From Felis catus (taxonomy: Eukaryota): a stretch of 64,000 nucleotides of DNA. A program made the translations under genes and the position numbers. The notes under the pieces were generated by a model. It was given only the letters and a program-made list of their open reading frames with translations, did no database searches and was not told the DNA's origin. Position 1 is the stretch's first letter. Each line of letters starts with the position of its first letter. This document shows, piece after piece, positions 38,196 through 51,000 of this stretch. The stretch covers positions 48,920,001-48,984,000 of the forward strand of contig NC_058382.1 in NCBI RefSeq assembly GCF_018350175.1, given 5' to 3'.

Positions 38196-38378
38196 TATGC
38201 CCTCCATGTGTACAACGAAGTGATGAGTGTTGGGCAGAAATACGGAATCCGGAATGCTGGCTATTATGCTCTTCGTAGTCTTCGAATCGAGAAGTTCTTT
38301 GCTTTCTGGGGTCAGGATTTAAACACCCTCACCACACCCCTGGAATGTGGACGAGAATCTCGGGTGAAACTGGACAAG
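38196..38378 (+). CDS. PDPR: PDPR coding exon 16
   Basis: YALHVYNEVMSVGQKYGIRNAGYYALRSLRIEKFFAFWGQDLNTLTTPLECGRESRVKLDK; 183 nt. Confidence 0.97.
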
Positions 38379-38937
38379 GTACGGTATCGGCACGTTCTGC
38401 CCTAGCAAGGAAGGGCTGAAGTGGAGGCCCGCGAAGGGCCTCAGGTGGACGAAGACAGTGAGGAGTCCTCAGGATGAAAAGTGTGTCCGGCCTGATAGGA
38501 AAACATGGTATGTGGAGAACACTGGTTCTGAGCACCTGGCTTGCTCTTTGAACCGGACCACCGTGAGGCTGGAGTTGCTCCACCAACTGCGGCAGCCGTG
38601 TGCCCCACTCGGCTCCCTTTTAGATTGGCACTTTCAGGGAAGTTTTTCCAAGAACGTGCCACAGACATTTGTAAAAATCAATCTTCCATTCAACAGACTT
38701 TTTTTCCCCCAGAGTAAATAGGAACATCATTTTTTATAAAGTCCTAGGTCAAGAGGATGTTAGTGACAAGTCTCTTTCCCACCTCTGAAGCCCAGCAAAC
38801 TGCACTACCGGCTGCAGCAGCTTGTCTCTGCTTCGAGAACTCTTGAGTATGCAAACACACAAGCGAACGCTTTCCCCTCTTGAACCTGGATGGCTGGGCA
38901 CCACACGCCTGCTGTATTATTGCACCTTTTTGTTTTG

Positions 38938-39527
38938 GATGTTTATTTTAGAGAGAGAGAGAGAGAAAGCATGAGTGGAGGAAGGGTAGAGAGAGAGGGA
39001 GACCCAGGATTTGAAGCAGGCTCCAGGCTCTGAGCTATCAGCACAGAGACCAACATGGCGCTCGAACTCACGAGCCAGGAGATCATGACCTGAGTTAAAG
39101 TCAGACTCTTAACCAACTGAGCCACCCAGGCGCCCCACACCTTGTTTTTTTAGGTTAAACCTAACAAAATACCTTAGCAGTACAAAATACCCCTATCAGT
39201 ACAGGAGATTTCTAGTTGTCTTTGTGAGCAATTACAGATCACTTTTTCTCTCAGGTATAAAAGTAATGAATACTAAATTTTGGAAAATAGGGAAAAATAT
39301 GAAGAAAATTAAGAATCATCTATTTTATAAGTTTTTTTTTTTTTTAATGCTTATTTTTAAGAGAAAGAGTGTGACCAGGGGAGGGACAGAGAGGGAGACA
39401 GAATCTGAAACAGGCTCCAGGCTCTGAGATGAGGGCAGCAAGCCTGACACAGGGCTCGAACTTAACAAGCCAGGAGATCATAACCTGGGTCGAAGCTGGA
39501 CACTTAACCGAGATGCCAGGTGCCCCC
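38938..39527 (-). mobile_element. Two SINECs (38938-39136, 39332-39527)
   Basis: Reverse-complement SINEC heads with T-rich tails. Confidence 0.92.
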
Positions 39528-39953
39528 CAAATCACCTATTTTATCTGTACATAATCAAGAGTTTTTTTTTTTACCCTGCTCATGTTTCTCGCACATTCAA
39601 ATACATACATGTGTGGGCTTTCTCTTGAGATTATCTAAAAACATGGTTTTTTGAAAACAATTATAGCAAGTATTTTTGAATTTTTCTTCCTATTTTTTTT
39701 CTGTGTGGTCTTGTGGTTGAAATCTATGTTTACAAAAGAGAAAAATGTACACCTGTGTTACAGAAATTTTCTGAGTAGGTCTTCTATATTGTGAATGCAG
39801 TTTTTTCACAAGGTGGAAAATCTACATTTTCCCCAAATCTGGGGAGTGGGGCCCTGCTCCCATGGCAGGGACATCAGGGGACCCTACCCACCGCCCCTTC
39901 TGCGCCCAGCATCAGCATGTCAGCCTGCTTTCAGCATTGCCGTTCTCTCCTAG

Positions 39954-40358
39954 GGGATGGATTTCATTGGCCGGGATGCCCTGCTGCAGCAGAAACAGAA
40001 CGGGGTGTACAAACGCCTAACTATGTTCATTCTGGACGATCACGACACCGATCTGGACCTCTGGCCCTGGTGGGGAGAACCCATTTACCGCAACGGGCAG
40101 TACGCAGGCAAGACCACCAGCAGCGCCTACAGCTACACCCTGGAGCGCCACGTTTGCCTGGGCTTCGTGCACAATTTTTCCGAAGACACTGGGGAAGAAC
40201 AGGTTGTGACGGCAGATTTCATCAACCGGGGAGAGTATGAGATTGACATCGCGGGACACCGGTTCCAGGCCAAGGCCAAGCTCTACCCTGTCACCTCCCT
40301 CTTTACCCACAAGCGCCGAAAGGATGATGTGGAGCTAAGTGACTTGCATGGAAAGTAA
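39954..40358 (+). CDS. PDPR: PDPR coding exon 17 (last)
   Basis: GMDFIGRDALLQQKQNGVYKRL...RRKDDVELSDLHGK-TAA; 405 nt. The 17 exon lengths sum to 2637 nt with no frameshift. Confidence 0.97.
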   Translation, partial: GMDFIGRDALLQQKQNGVYKRLTMFILDDHDTDLDLWPWWGEPIYRNGQYAGKTTSSAYSYTLERHVCLGFVHNFSEDTGEEQVVTADFINRGEYEIDIAGHRFQAKAKLYPVTSLFTHKRRKDDVELSDLHGK

Positions 40359-43300
40359 TGCCGGGCTCCCCTCCAGTCCCAACCCTCTGCTTCCCATCTT
40401 TTACCTCCCGGATAGGATTTTAAGCTTCACCTGCTTTAAACCTTTTGCTTTGCAACCTCTCTTCTCCTTCCACCTTCCCTCCTCCCTTTTGCAGTGCAGT
40501 TAACCATCTAATACTCCCTCTGGGCTGTTCTTCCAGCCCCCCACTCCACCCCTCTCAGATCCTCATGGTGACACAAAGCATGTGTGACAGGCAGGACAGG
40601 TAAAGACTGCACTCGTGGAAGTGGGGAGCCAGGGGTCTGATTTCTCTGGCTGTGTCTAGAAGCAGGGGAAGCTGGTGGTATGCAGGCTGCAGGGCAAGAG
40701 TCCAGCTCTGTGAGGCTGACTTTTCTCCGAATAACCTGCTCATCTTGGCGGGTTGCTGTGGATCCGAGGCAGCCCCTTGCGAGAGCCCGTGCTGGGGGTT
40801 GGCACCGATCCCTCTACAAGAGGATGACCATCTACCTCATTCACGAGCGGCACCATGTGCATGTTCTTTGGTCTGTAGCAAACAGCCGGCCTGGGACATC
40901 CCAGCCTCCCTACTGACCCAGTTACTAGATTTGCGGATCAGGGCCACCCTCCTAACATTTCCTTCACGTCTTGCTGATCTCTAGAAGAGGGTCTGGGGGC
41001 CTGAGTAAACAAGCCAGTGTTTGAAAGGGAAAGACCATGTTGCCTTTTGTATTGATCTTCTTGGAAAATGTACCGCACAGAGGTGGTTTGCTGCTGTCTG
41101 AACAGTGCTGCTGCTTTCAGCTGCTCAAAGCTCACTCTTCCCATCTTGACCATCCTCTTCTCCAGGTGCATCTTTGTCCCCTCTCCTTACCTGCCCCTTC
41201 TGCAGCAGGCCCACTCGGCAAACACTGCTGTCCCTTTGGAACAGGGAGGGTGTGTGGTCCTGGGGAGGAACTAAATCATGCTGGCCGTGCAGAGTTCAAG
41301 AGCTACTGGACTCTCAAGTTTTGCTTCCTCGGGCACAGAACAGACAGATCTGCACAGAGATGACCCTCAGGAGTCTGGGGAGGGTCCTGTGAGAGTCTGC
41401 TCTTCATCCAGCCATCTCTCTGTAGCTCTGGAAGAGAAAATGACTGGGCCCTCCACTCTCTTACGCAGTGTCTGTCTGCTAACGGTGAGGCTGGGCTGTC
41501 AGAAACTTGTCCACCCTTTGCACTTAAAGTCCAGTGGGGGCAGTTTATACACAAAGTGCTGTCACAGATTTGAATGAACTGTTGTCTTGATATCTTGGAA
41601 GCGTTAGCTCTGACGAGTCTGTCAGTCCATTATAGAAGGGCCTTTTGTTCTCCGTGAGCAGCTTAGAACTCTCACGTGTGTCTGCCTGCTCTGGCGTTTC
41701 TTTGGGATCTCGGTTTACCCCCTTCATCTGATAGATTCCCTATAGAAACTTCTTGTCCTCTGCCTAGCCAGACAGTTCCTACTTGATTACTGATTGTAGT
41801 GTCCATTTTTTAAAAGAGGTCTTCGTTGATTTATTAAGGGAGTATGTGGTTACAACTGTTAGGGCCTCACTATGTGATGGGCTGAGAGATGCTGCTGCAA
41901 GGATGGGGGAGAGGTGTCACCTCGTAGGACAGGGCGCAGCAGCTGTGACACATGGGGGAGAGCAGGAATCAGGCACCTGCTCAACACAGGTGTTAGCAGC
42001 AGGGGCCCAAGTGACCAAGAAAGCTGGAAACAGGCACTGTAGAGCTAAAGGTATCCCCTGCCCTGTACCACTCTCGTCTTTGAAGAATTTAAAAGAAGTT
42101 CTAGATTTATGTGTAAATTACATCTTGTCCATAAATAGGGGCACACTTTTAAGACTCGGGCAAGATGTATTTATTGAGTGCCCTGACACACACACTCAGC
42201 TTTTGGCACTTTAAAATTCACCCTGGAAATCTTTCTTGGTTAACAATGTGAATCTGGCACTTGTCTCTCTTTGGTCCTAACCCTGAAGTGGGTGACTCGT
42301 TCCTGACTTCAGCATACCTGACAGAACATCCTGCAATCTGTCGTTCCCATCATGGGTTTGCCTTGTGTGTCTGCTCCTCTGTCCCTAGAGATTCAAAGGA
42401 TCTGGATGCTTTGTGAATGCGTGGCGGGACTTGGGTTTCAGATGGCTGGTACTTTTTTCTCTGTGAAATGATCCTTCATCACTTCTTATGGTCTCTTGAG
42501 GGAGGGGCTCTGTGTTCTTCTGTCTTGTCCACATATTCAACTGGACAATCTTGTTTTATCTGGAAACAGAAAGCGTGCCAGCCTCAGACGAACACAGAGC
42601 AAAAAGGGACAAGATCTACCTGCTTGGATAGCCTACCTGATGTCCTGTGCCCGGCTGGGGGGCCCTGTACCCCCAAATACAAGAGATGCTGTTCAGAACA
42701 GGGGCCCAGAGACCGTTAAGCTCAGTGAGTAACCTTAGTTATCCCGTTTCTGCAGGAGGAGAGTCCTGCTACTTGGACTCTCACCAGGAGACATGCTGTC
42801 CCTGGATTCTACCTTCTTAAACACACCAACAGTTTTACCTCTTTCCGTTCTAAAAGTGGAAAGTAACTCCACCTTTCTCCCTTACCCTGCCTCTGAATGC
42901 ATTTGAAACGTTAACCCCGCCTCCCCACCATGGAAGTGGCAGGAATGACAGTTTTCTAAAAGCGGTTTTGCTTCACTGAAGCGAGAACCCACCACCTTGA
43001 TTTCTGGCTCTTCTTATCCTCTGCCTGATGAACGCACGTGCTGGCATCTGAGTCTTCACCATCCTCTGACAACCTAAGGGAGATAAAAGGGAATCTTCCA
43101 TAAGCTGTAGTCCGGGTTCTGACCCCAGAAGGCTGTGTCCTGGTACAACTGCACTGGCTTTGCTTTCAAGGGTTAGCGACCGGGTTCAGTGTTTTGCATC
43201 TTTGCAGCTGCATGGTCAGTATCATCAGCAAGGGTCCCCTTTAGCATCTGAGGTAGGGGTTTGGTCACTAGTGCTTAGTATTGAAGAACTTTCCATGGTT

Positions 43301-45010
43301 TTCATTTCCTTTCTGCACACCACCCTTAACCCACATCCCTCCCAAACTTGCCAGGAGCAGCTTTTCATCAGCATGAAAAAGGGAAAATTTGCACGAGTCA
43401 AGAATTGTCAGAGGGGATGACAGGGTAGGTGACAGAGTCTGGGAGCAAGCTCTGGGTCTCCTGGCTGTGCCTCTCCCCGCGACCCCCACCCTGGCCTCCA
43501 TGTTAAGGTGCTGAGTTGTAAGGCTCCTCCATCACCCGTACAGGACCTGGGTTCACACTCCCTCATCACTACAGATGCACTATTTTTCAAGAGAACTATT
43601 TTTGTATGTCTTTGCCTTCTCTTTGTCCATTAAACACCAGAGTTTAGTCCTTGTATAATATGATTCTTGACTTCTGAGCAGAGAATCTGCATCCCTTGGA
43701 GAATTCCACGTTTCTTCATGGGCTTTCTTCCTCATATTTAGATGTACCTATTTTTATCCTTTGCCAACCTTCTGCCTTCTTGGTTTTCTGTCTCTAAAGG
43801 ACAGAAATTACAAGGGGTGGGGAAGGTATTTTTAGTATCTGTTTCAAAAGATCTGTGCCAGGATTTCCTTTGCACACCCGGAACTGGAGCTTGGAGCACC
43901 TTTCTCCAAGCCCGGTTCTCGTGCCTTACACCAGAATGTCCCATGGTAGGTGTAGACAGGAAGGATGAAAAGAAACTTCGCTCAGTCTGAGGGTTTCCCC
44001 AGCCACCCCCCATAGCTTCCCTTCCCCATATCAAACAGGGATAGAAAGTTTCCACAGCTTGTTTCAATCAAGGGGTTTCTAGCAGCACAGTTAACACTTC
44101 ACTCTCCGGTCTACTCTTAGGATACAGGAAAATGCCATTGTAATTATTGTACAGTGCTGTAACTCCTCCTTTACATCTGTAAATATGCAGTTTGCTCAGG
44201 CCCTTAGTGTGCAGTGACAGGTGCTGCTGAGGACATGTGAGGCACTTTAGGGCATGGGATCTTTCTCAGGAGCCCTGGTGACTTTAGGTACCCAGGGTGA
44301 CTGAGCACTTCTGCCTCTATGAATGCGGTATTAACATCATGCCCTGTATTTCTTTCAAGCCAGATTCCAATTAAGATGTTCTCTTCATGTTATTAAGTTT
44401 GTAAATGAATAAAGAGACATTTTAATAACTCTGGTCATAGCAACTTGTGAAATGTTCTTCATCTCTAGCAACTTGATGTATTTGCCATCACAAGGGGTAA
44501 GCACTCCCCATAAAACCATTTATACCAAAGCATAAAAAAAAAAAAAAGAATGTGGAAACCAAGGTAAGACATAAGCATTATGTTACCCTTTGTGTAGGGC
44601 TGACAGGTGTAGAGAAAGTCCCCAATTATCTGAAGTTACGGTCTCAGTCACTGGATCTGACCGCCCATCCTGCCTTACGGTTGATTGCACAGTAAGGAAC
44701 CTGGCACTTGAAATATCCCCCATCCATGTGAAAGCCCACGCTGGCATGGAAAAATGGGCTCTCTATATATTCTTGCACACACAGTAGGAAGAGAAGAAAA
44801 TGGAGAGGAGCACCCAGTGATCTTTCCCTGTAATCTAAAAATGTAGTCACTGGTCTTTGTTTACTGACCTATTGTTGAGCAGCTACAATCTGTGAATTGA
44901 GATAGGCAAACATGTCTCTAATAATCGCATGAATCTGTCTTCCAAAACCACTTGCTAAATTTCCAGATCATCGAATGATCAACATTAAATACAAAAGTAC
45001 ATCCCACAGG
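40359..45010 (+). other. PDPR: Probable long PDPR 3' UTR (end uncertain)
   Basis: SINE-free stretch after the stop codon. First clear AATAAA seen at 44408-44413, plus ATTAAA at 44984-44989. Confidence 0.6.
44408..44413 (+). terminator. Candidate polyadenylation signal
   Basis: AATAAA about 4 kb after the PDPR stop. Also retained in both paralogous copies (4738-4743 minus, 57424-57429 plus). Confidence 0.55.
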
Positions 45011-45026
45011 CTCTGTGGTAATTCTG

Positions 45027-48000
45027 AAATAAGGGTTCCTGAAACCCTGTGCACAGTGACATTGCTAGAATATCCCACAATGATTCCTTGAAGGGGACAA
45101 CTCTCAAATGATGTGTATCTCCTCCTTACTATCAATACACCGGATTATACACACATTCCACACCATATTAGTAACGAGCAACTCTAGGAAGCAGAGCAGA
45201 GCCCAGCAAGCAGAATCTAAGCAAAAAGACTTACCTTCAAGCCCCTCCTCCAAACGACAGGCCAGCAGAGTTCACTCCCACTAGGACATAGTAGCCCTGC
45301 ACTGCAGGAGACTCGCCCATGATGCACCTCATGTCTGGGGTGCAGGTCTCGAGGCAGGTGACCAACTTCACGATCTCCAGAGTCTCCAGTTCTGGCATCC
45401 GACGCAGGAGGGAACTCAGCAGGGGCTCTGAGCCATAAAAACAAGGCCCGGCAAAGCACAAGGAACTGAACCGGTGGACCGGAAGTCAGCAGTTCTGGCG
45501 CTGGGCCCATTACACGGACCCTCTGCTGACTCAATCCCTGGTAGATACCCGATTCAAGTACCGGCTGCCATCAAGTTAAATCCAACCCAGAGGGACTCTT
45601 CCCGCCTGTCCTGCACGTATCCCGCATCTTCCCTAACAGAAGCCAGAGACGGTGCAGCGGCAGGCACCAAGCACATTTACCATCTTCACTCGCGGGTCCT
45701 CGCCTCTCAAAAGCAAGCCTGGCCGAGAGCGAGGACACCACGGGAGTCGGGCTCATCTACCGGGCAGGGACCAGGGCGAGGCGGCTGAGGCGCCCGCTCT
45801 CAGCACTGGGCCAGCGCAGGGCCGGCCGGGGAACCCTGCTCACGTGCCCAAGCACGTACAGCCTCTTCCTGCCTGCCTGTAGCTCCTCTCCTGGCATCTC
45901 CCCTTCTCCACTGCCACATCAACCCAATCCTGTTACAGGACGCTCATCTTAACCCACAATTGACAAACAAGGTCACACTTCACCAGAGTGCGAGTTATAT
46001 GAAAGGGAAAGCTAGAAAACCGTAGTCTGTCGTCAGAATCTCTGATGATTATGATCTCACCTTCCCCAGTGAAAACTGTGTCATTCGCCACCTAATTTCC
46101 AGTTGGCCGGCAAAGTGAGCCCCAGGCCGTGCGTACCCCGTGACCACATGGCAGAGCCACCTCAGCTGGCACACAGATCGCGCTACCGTCCTGGTCAGGA
46201 GGGGTCTTGACTTCCCTGTGATTTGAATCACGCAGGTGTTCTGAAGAGCAGCCCTGAGCTACACGAGCGACTAGGCCCAGCTACTCGCTTAGGACAATTC
46301 CCGCCGCCACCAAACGGTTTCACCAGCTACGACACAGGCTCAACCCTGGGCTTCCGGCTAGTCCATCACCTCGCGACAAGCTGACAGACCTGCTTCCTAC
46401 TTGTTTTCATATGGGACCGCCCCATAGCCTGGTCTCCCCGTCCTACTTGCTCCGGTCGTATTCGGCTCACGATTCCCCGGGTTCTTTTCCCTTGGTGACG
46501 CACACAAGGGGTAACATACGCTTAAGCTTTACAGTCACAAATATCCTTAAGCGGGACTGGTGAAATTCAGTGGCTCAGACTATGATTTCACTGTCAAGCA
46601 CCAAAACTTAAGCACTTCCTTCTCTTCCTCCTTCAGGAGCCAGATGTGGCCACCTAATATATACTTCAGAGGGTGAAATAGGAAATGGCACAGGAAAACC
46701 TTCACATCATAGGAATTCTGGCATCTGGATAGGATCCGAGATAATGACCGAATCCCCTCGACAGATAAGGAAACGGGAGACAGCTCGACACGCTCACACA
46801 CTGGCCCGAGGTAAGACCAGGACGAGTGCAGAGCTCGGACTGAAACTCAAGCCTCAACTAAAGTCCCCAGGCAGGCTTGGTGTCGGACCGCATGTGGTAC
46901 CGAGTGAAAGAGTCCGGGCCACAGGCAGACCAGTAAATGGCAGAGTACCTGCTTACCTGTTTGGATCCCTGTTTCTTGCTCTAACTGCTGGTAGAGTTTG
47001 TTGGAATAGTCTGCCATCTTCTGCTCGATGGTCAAGTGCCTGGCGGTGCTCAGGATGCCGGCACAGAACCTCGTAGAGCCAGCGGCCAGCCTGCGGGATG
47101 GATCCAAAATGCTCTTAGGTAGACTCGCATATCTGTGAATGCAACTAGTTCAAAGACCCTCATTACTGGCACCGACCGTAATATCAAAAGACGGAAACCT
47201 AAATATCCCGACAGGAGAGGGATCTCAAATGTTGGCGTTCACCTACACGACGGGACGCCGCGCAGCCATAAAAAAGGCACGAGAATGCTCTTCTGCAACA
47301 ATATGGGAATCCGAATGAAAACAGCATGGGAGGAGCACTACTTAATATGCCACTAACTTGTACAAAAAAAGAGAAAAAAATAGCAAGTGAAGACCCACGT
47401 ACACACGTACACACTGACCAACACGTTTGCTCATATACACGGGGGGTGTCTGCAACGACACACTAGGAACTTAATTTGCCTCCAGCGAGGGAAACTTCAG
47501 CCAGAAGTCAGGGATGAGAAGCAGACTTTCCCTGCACACTCTTTTACAGTTTTTAATTCTGAATCGTATAAATGCATTGCCTATTCGGAGAAAATTACAA
47601 CGGACTTGTTAAACGTCATTCAATTTCTGGTAGGCAATAGAACAAAAAAGGACTTTAAGGGAAAGTGAGACAACTTGTACCAAGTACGAACCTTAGTCAG
47701 TAATAAGGTATCCATATTGATTCATCATATTTAACGGTAACCCCAACCTGAGATGTCAGTCCCAGGTGCACACAGGCGTGAGGCACACGGGAACTCGGTA
47801 CAACCTTTGCATTTGTTCTGTAAATCTAGCACGGCTCTAAAATAAGTTAATTCAGTGGGGGGAAAGAAAGGAACAGAAAGAAGACAGATGCAGCCAATTT
47901 CATTTCCGCCCATAGAGGGAGCTCCAGAGCCACGGGGTCTATGTTGCCATTTGACGGCCCCTACCCGGAGAACAAGATGGTAAGATGTGCCTGGACCCTG

Positions 48001-51000
48001 AAATAAAACGCAGCCTCTTCGGATACTCGGCTCCGCGGCATCTGCCACCTCTCTCAGAGCCCAAAAACACGGGTATCGCACATCGCGAAACCATGGACAG
48101 GAGATTTCGCCTTTCCGTGACTGTTCTCATGCTACCTAGCGACAGGTTAGCCACTGCCGGGACAGGTTACCGGGAGCAGAGGGGGTGAGGGAAGCCCACG
48201 CAGTTGGTGCAACATGGCCCCAAGCCGGGTCCCGTCTGGTCCTTACCTGCCCTGCTCCAAAAGGACAATATCCTTCCAGCCCATCTTGGAGAGGTGATAG
48301 GCCACGGATGTGCCCATGATTCCACCGCCACAGATGACCACGTGTGCCTGGGCAGGCAGGGCGACAGAATGCGCCTCGGCAGCTGGCGCACCGCTTCTCC
48401 CCGACGACCAGTTCTGCCATCCTCGGCCGGTCCTTTGTCTCCGGGCCACCGACAGCAACCGGGAAAACATCACGTCTGCCAGTCAGCAGCTCGGAGATGT
48501 GCTCCCACTCGGCCAAAGAGGAGATTCTCCCCAATTCAAACTAGACAGAGAAAGCAAACAGATTTCATTCCACTGTACTCAGTGCGCCGGGTTAGTGACA
48601 AAAGAAAAGGAGGCAACAGAGAATGATAATCATCGTGCCTCATCCAGACAGAGGCACAAGCACATGCAAAGGCCCTGAGGGGAGGCACACCTGAAGGAGT
48701 CCGAGCACAGAAGGGAGGCCAGCGTGCCCACAGCTCGACGGCAAGGCACAGTCGGCCAGAGACGAGGCCGGAGAGGCAGGCAGAAAGCAGTGACACAAGC
48801 GCTTGGATGCCTCACGAGGAGCTGGGATTTTACTCCAAGTGCAAAGGAAAATACTAAAGCAGGGAATGAAATGATCTGATACGCTTTTCCTAAGATCGGC
48901 CTGGCTCCACAGTGGGGAGTGGACTGGAGGAAAGGCAGGGCTAGGAAGCTACCGCAGGAGTCCAAGAGGGAGGGCACGGTGGCTCACACAAGGATGGTGG
49001 CGGTGGAGTCAGAGCCATGACTGGATTGTCGTGGATGGTGAAATGACAGTACTTAACTTGCCAACAAACCGGATGTTAAGATGGGGAGCGGGAGAAAGAC
49101 GGACGATGGCAAAGTTTCCAGGTTAAGCGACGACGGGTGCCACTTCCTAAGGTGTGAAGGACTAGGGATGCGGAGGGAGGCGGGAGGGAGAGGGAGGCAG
49201 GAAGGAGAGGGAGAGGGAGGCGGTGAGGGCGCGTGCGCGCATACCGAGGTGTCAAGGGCGAGACACCTAGCAGGCATCCACGTGGAAGTGCCAAGCAGCT
49301 ACATAACCAGGCCTGAAACCTGGGGAAGACGTGGGGTATCCGGAGACCCGGCAGTCTGAGGAACAACTCTGAGGCTCCCCAGCAGGCACAGCTTGGCAAG
49401 AGAAAGAAAGTACTGGACGGGGGACTGCGCGCCGGGGCAGACTCACAGAGCGTCCAAACGGCTGAGCGGCGGAAAAGGAACCGGGCAGAGGTGTCCCAGA
49501 AGCCGAGAGAGGAGATGGTTCGCTACAGAGGGTGGCCAGGGATGGAGCAAGACGGCCAGGTGCCTGCTGGGACTTGACGACACAGAGGTCCTTGGTGTCC
49601 TCAAAGAGGACATTCCCAGGGGAGTGCCAAGGACGAAGTATGGACTACAGCAAGCTCAAGAGCAAGGAGATGAGGGAGTGTGCACAGCTTCCTCACGTGC
49701 TGCCCGGAAGGGAGCAGAAACCCCAGACAGGAGGAGAGAATGGGGGTGGAGCAAGGCTATTTGTCTATAAAGGTGGGAGCCACGGAGACTGTTTCAGGGC
49801 TGGCGAGAAGGGCCAGGAAGAGGGAAAGAGGTGGGGGAGGAAGGAGAGGCGGTGACAAAGAATGAGGTCCTGGAAAGGAAGGGAGAGGGAGAAGAGAAGG
49901 AGAAGAGAAGGAGAAGAGAAGGAGAAGAGAAGGAGAAGAGAAGGAGAAGAGAAGGAGAAGAGAAGAGAGAGAAAACAAACCCAAAGCCGCAGTGAGGGAC
50001 GGCGTGCCCCGCGTCTGCACAGGCCACAGACTGGAGACACCAGGTCCCACGGCCCCTTCCTGAAAGCAGGGGAGGACCGGTCATGGCAGGCTTATGACGA
50101 ACCACGGGAGTCACAGGCTGCGACCAAGCGCATGTCCCTCTGAGATGACTAACACCATGAGGTAGACTAGGGAGCGGACAGGTTCAGGCCACCAGGGAGA
50201 ATTACTCTAAGGGCATACTGTTCAATTTTTAAGAAACTGCAGACAGCCCTGTGGGCGAAGGCACGGTCTCCGAGTGTGGGGAGACGGCGACACTTCAGAG
50301 GAGAGCCCTGGCAGCCCGTGCGCCCACCAGCACGCCGCTACCAGCCCGGGACCCACGGAGGGCCCCCGACGGCCCAGGTCGTCCAAGGCCAAGGTGTGGG
50401 TGCCCATCCATCAGACAGGATCTCAGAACTGAGACCGAGCAGGCCTCCACTGCGTCCCAAGGAAATCCCATCCAACCAGGGCTGATTACTTTGGCCACCT
50501 TGTGGTGACCTCCAGGCCTCACCTCCTTGGTCCCCGCCAAACCGTCTCAAGACAGAAGCTTCTCCACAGCCAGACTTCCCACAATCTCATCTCCATATGA
50601 CTGATTTCTCTCTCTCTTTCTTTCTTTCTCTCTCTCTCTCTCTGTCTGCTGTCCTCCGCTCCAAACCTCTCCACCGTGTCCTCCAGAACATCCTTTCCAA
50701 ACTGGAACACCCAGCCCTTCACCTAGCTTCTCTCCACCTCTGCTTCAACAGAGACACAGCTCTACTGAGGGAAACGCCACTGCCACGTGGCCAGCCCGTC
50801 CCACTGACCTTGCCATCGGGGGGGGGGGGAGGCGGGCACCCTTCTCCCTTCAGAACCATTACCACTTGGTCATGCTTGAAAAGACCCTGTTCCCTCATGG
50901 CTCACACTAGCAGGCACCCCGTAGCGAGCCCCGGGCCACTGCGTGTTCAGCCACAGGCAGATGTCTGTCTACATTCAGGTTCTGAACCCACAACACTGCT

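Noticed and set aside
44531..44547. A-run as the mRNA poly(A) site or a retro-insertion
   Set aside because: Genomic slippage expansion of CATAAAA, which is short in the paralogs; it would cause oligo-dT internal priming.
45027..48470. Duplicate as a processed retrocopy
   Set aside because: Introns and promoter are retained; there is no poly(A) tail or target-site duplication.
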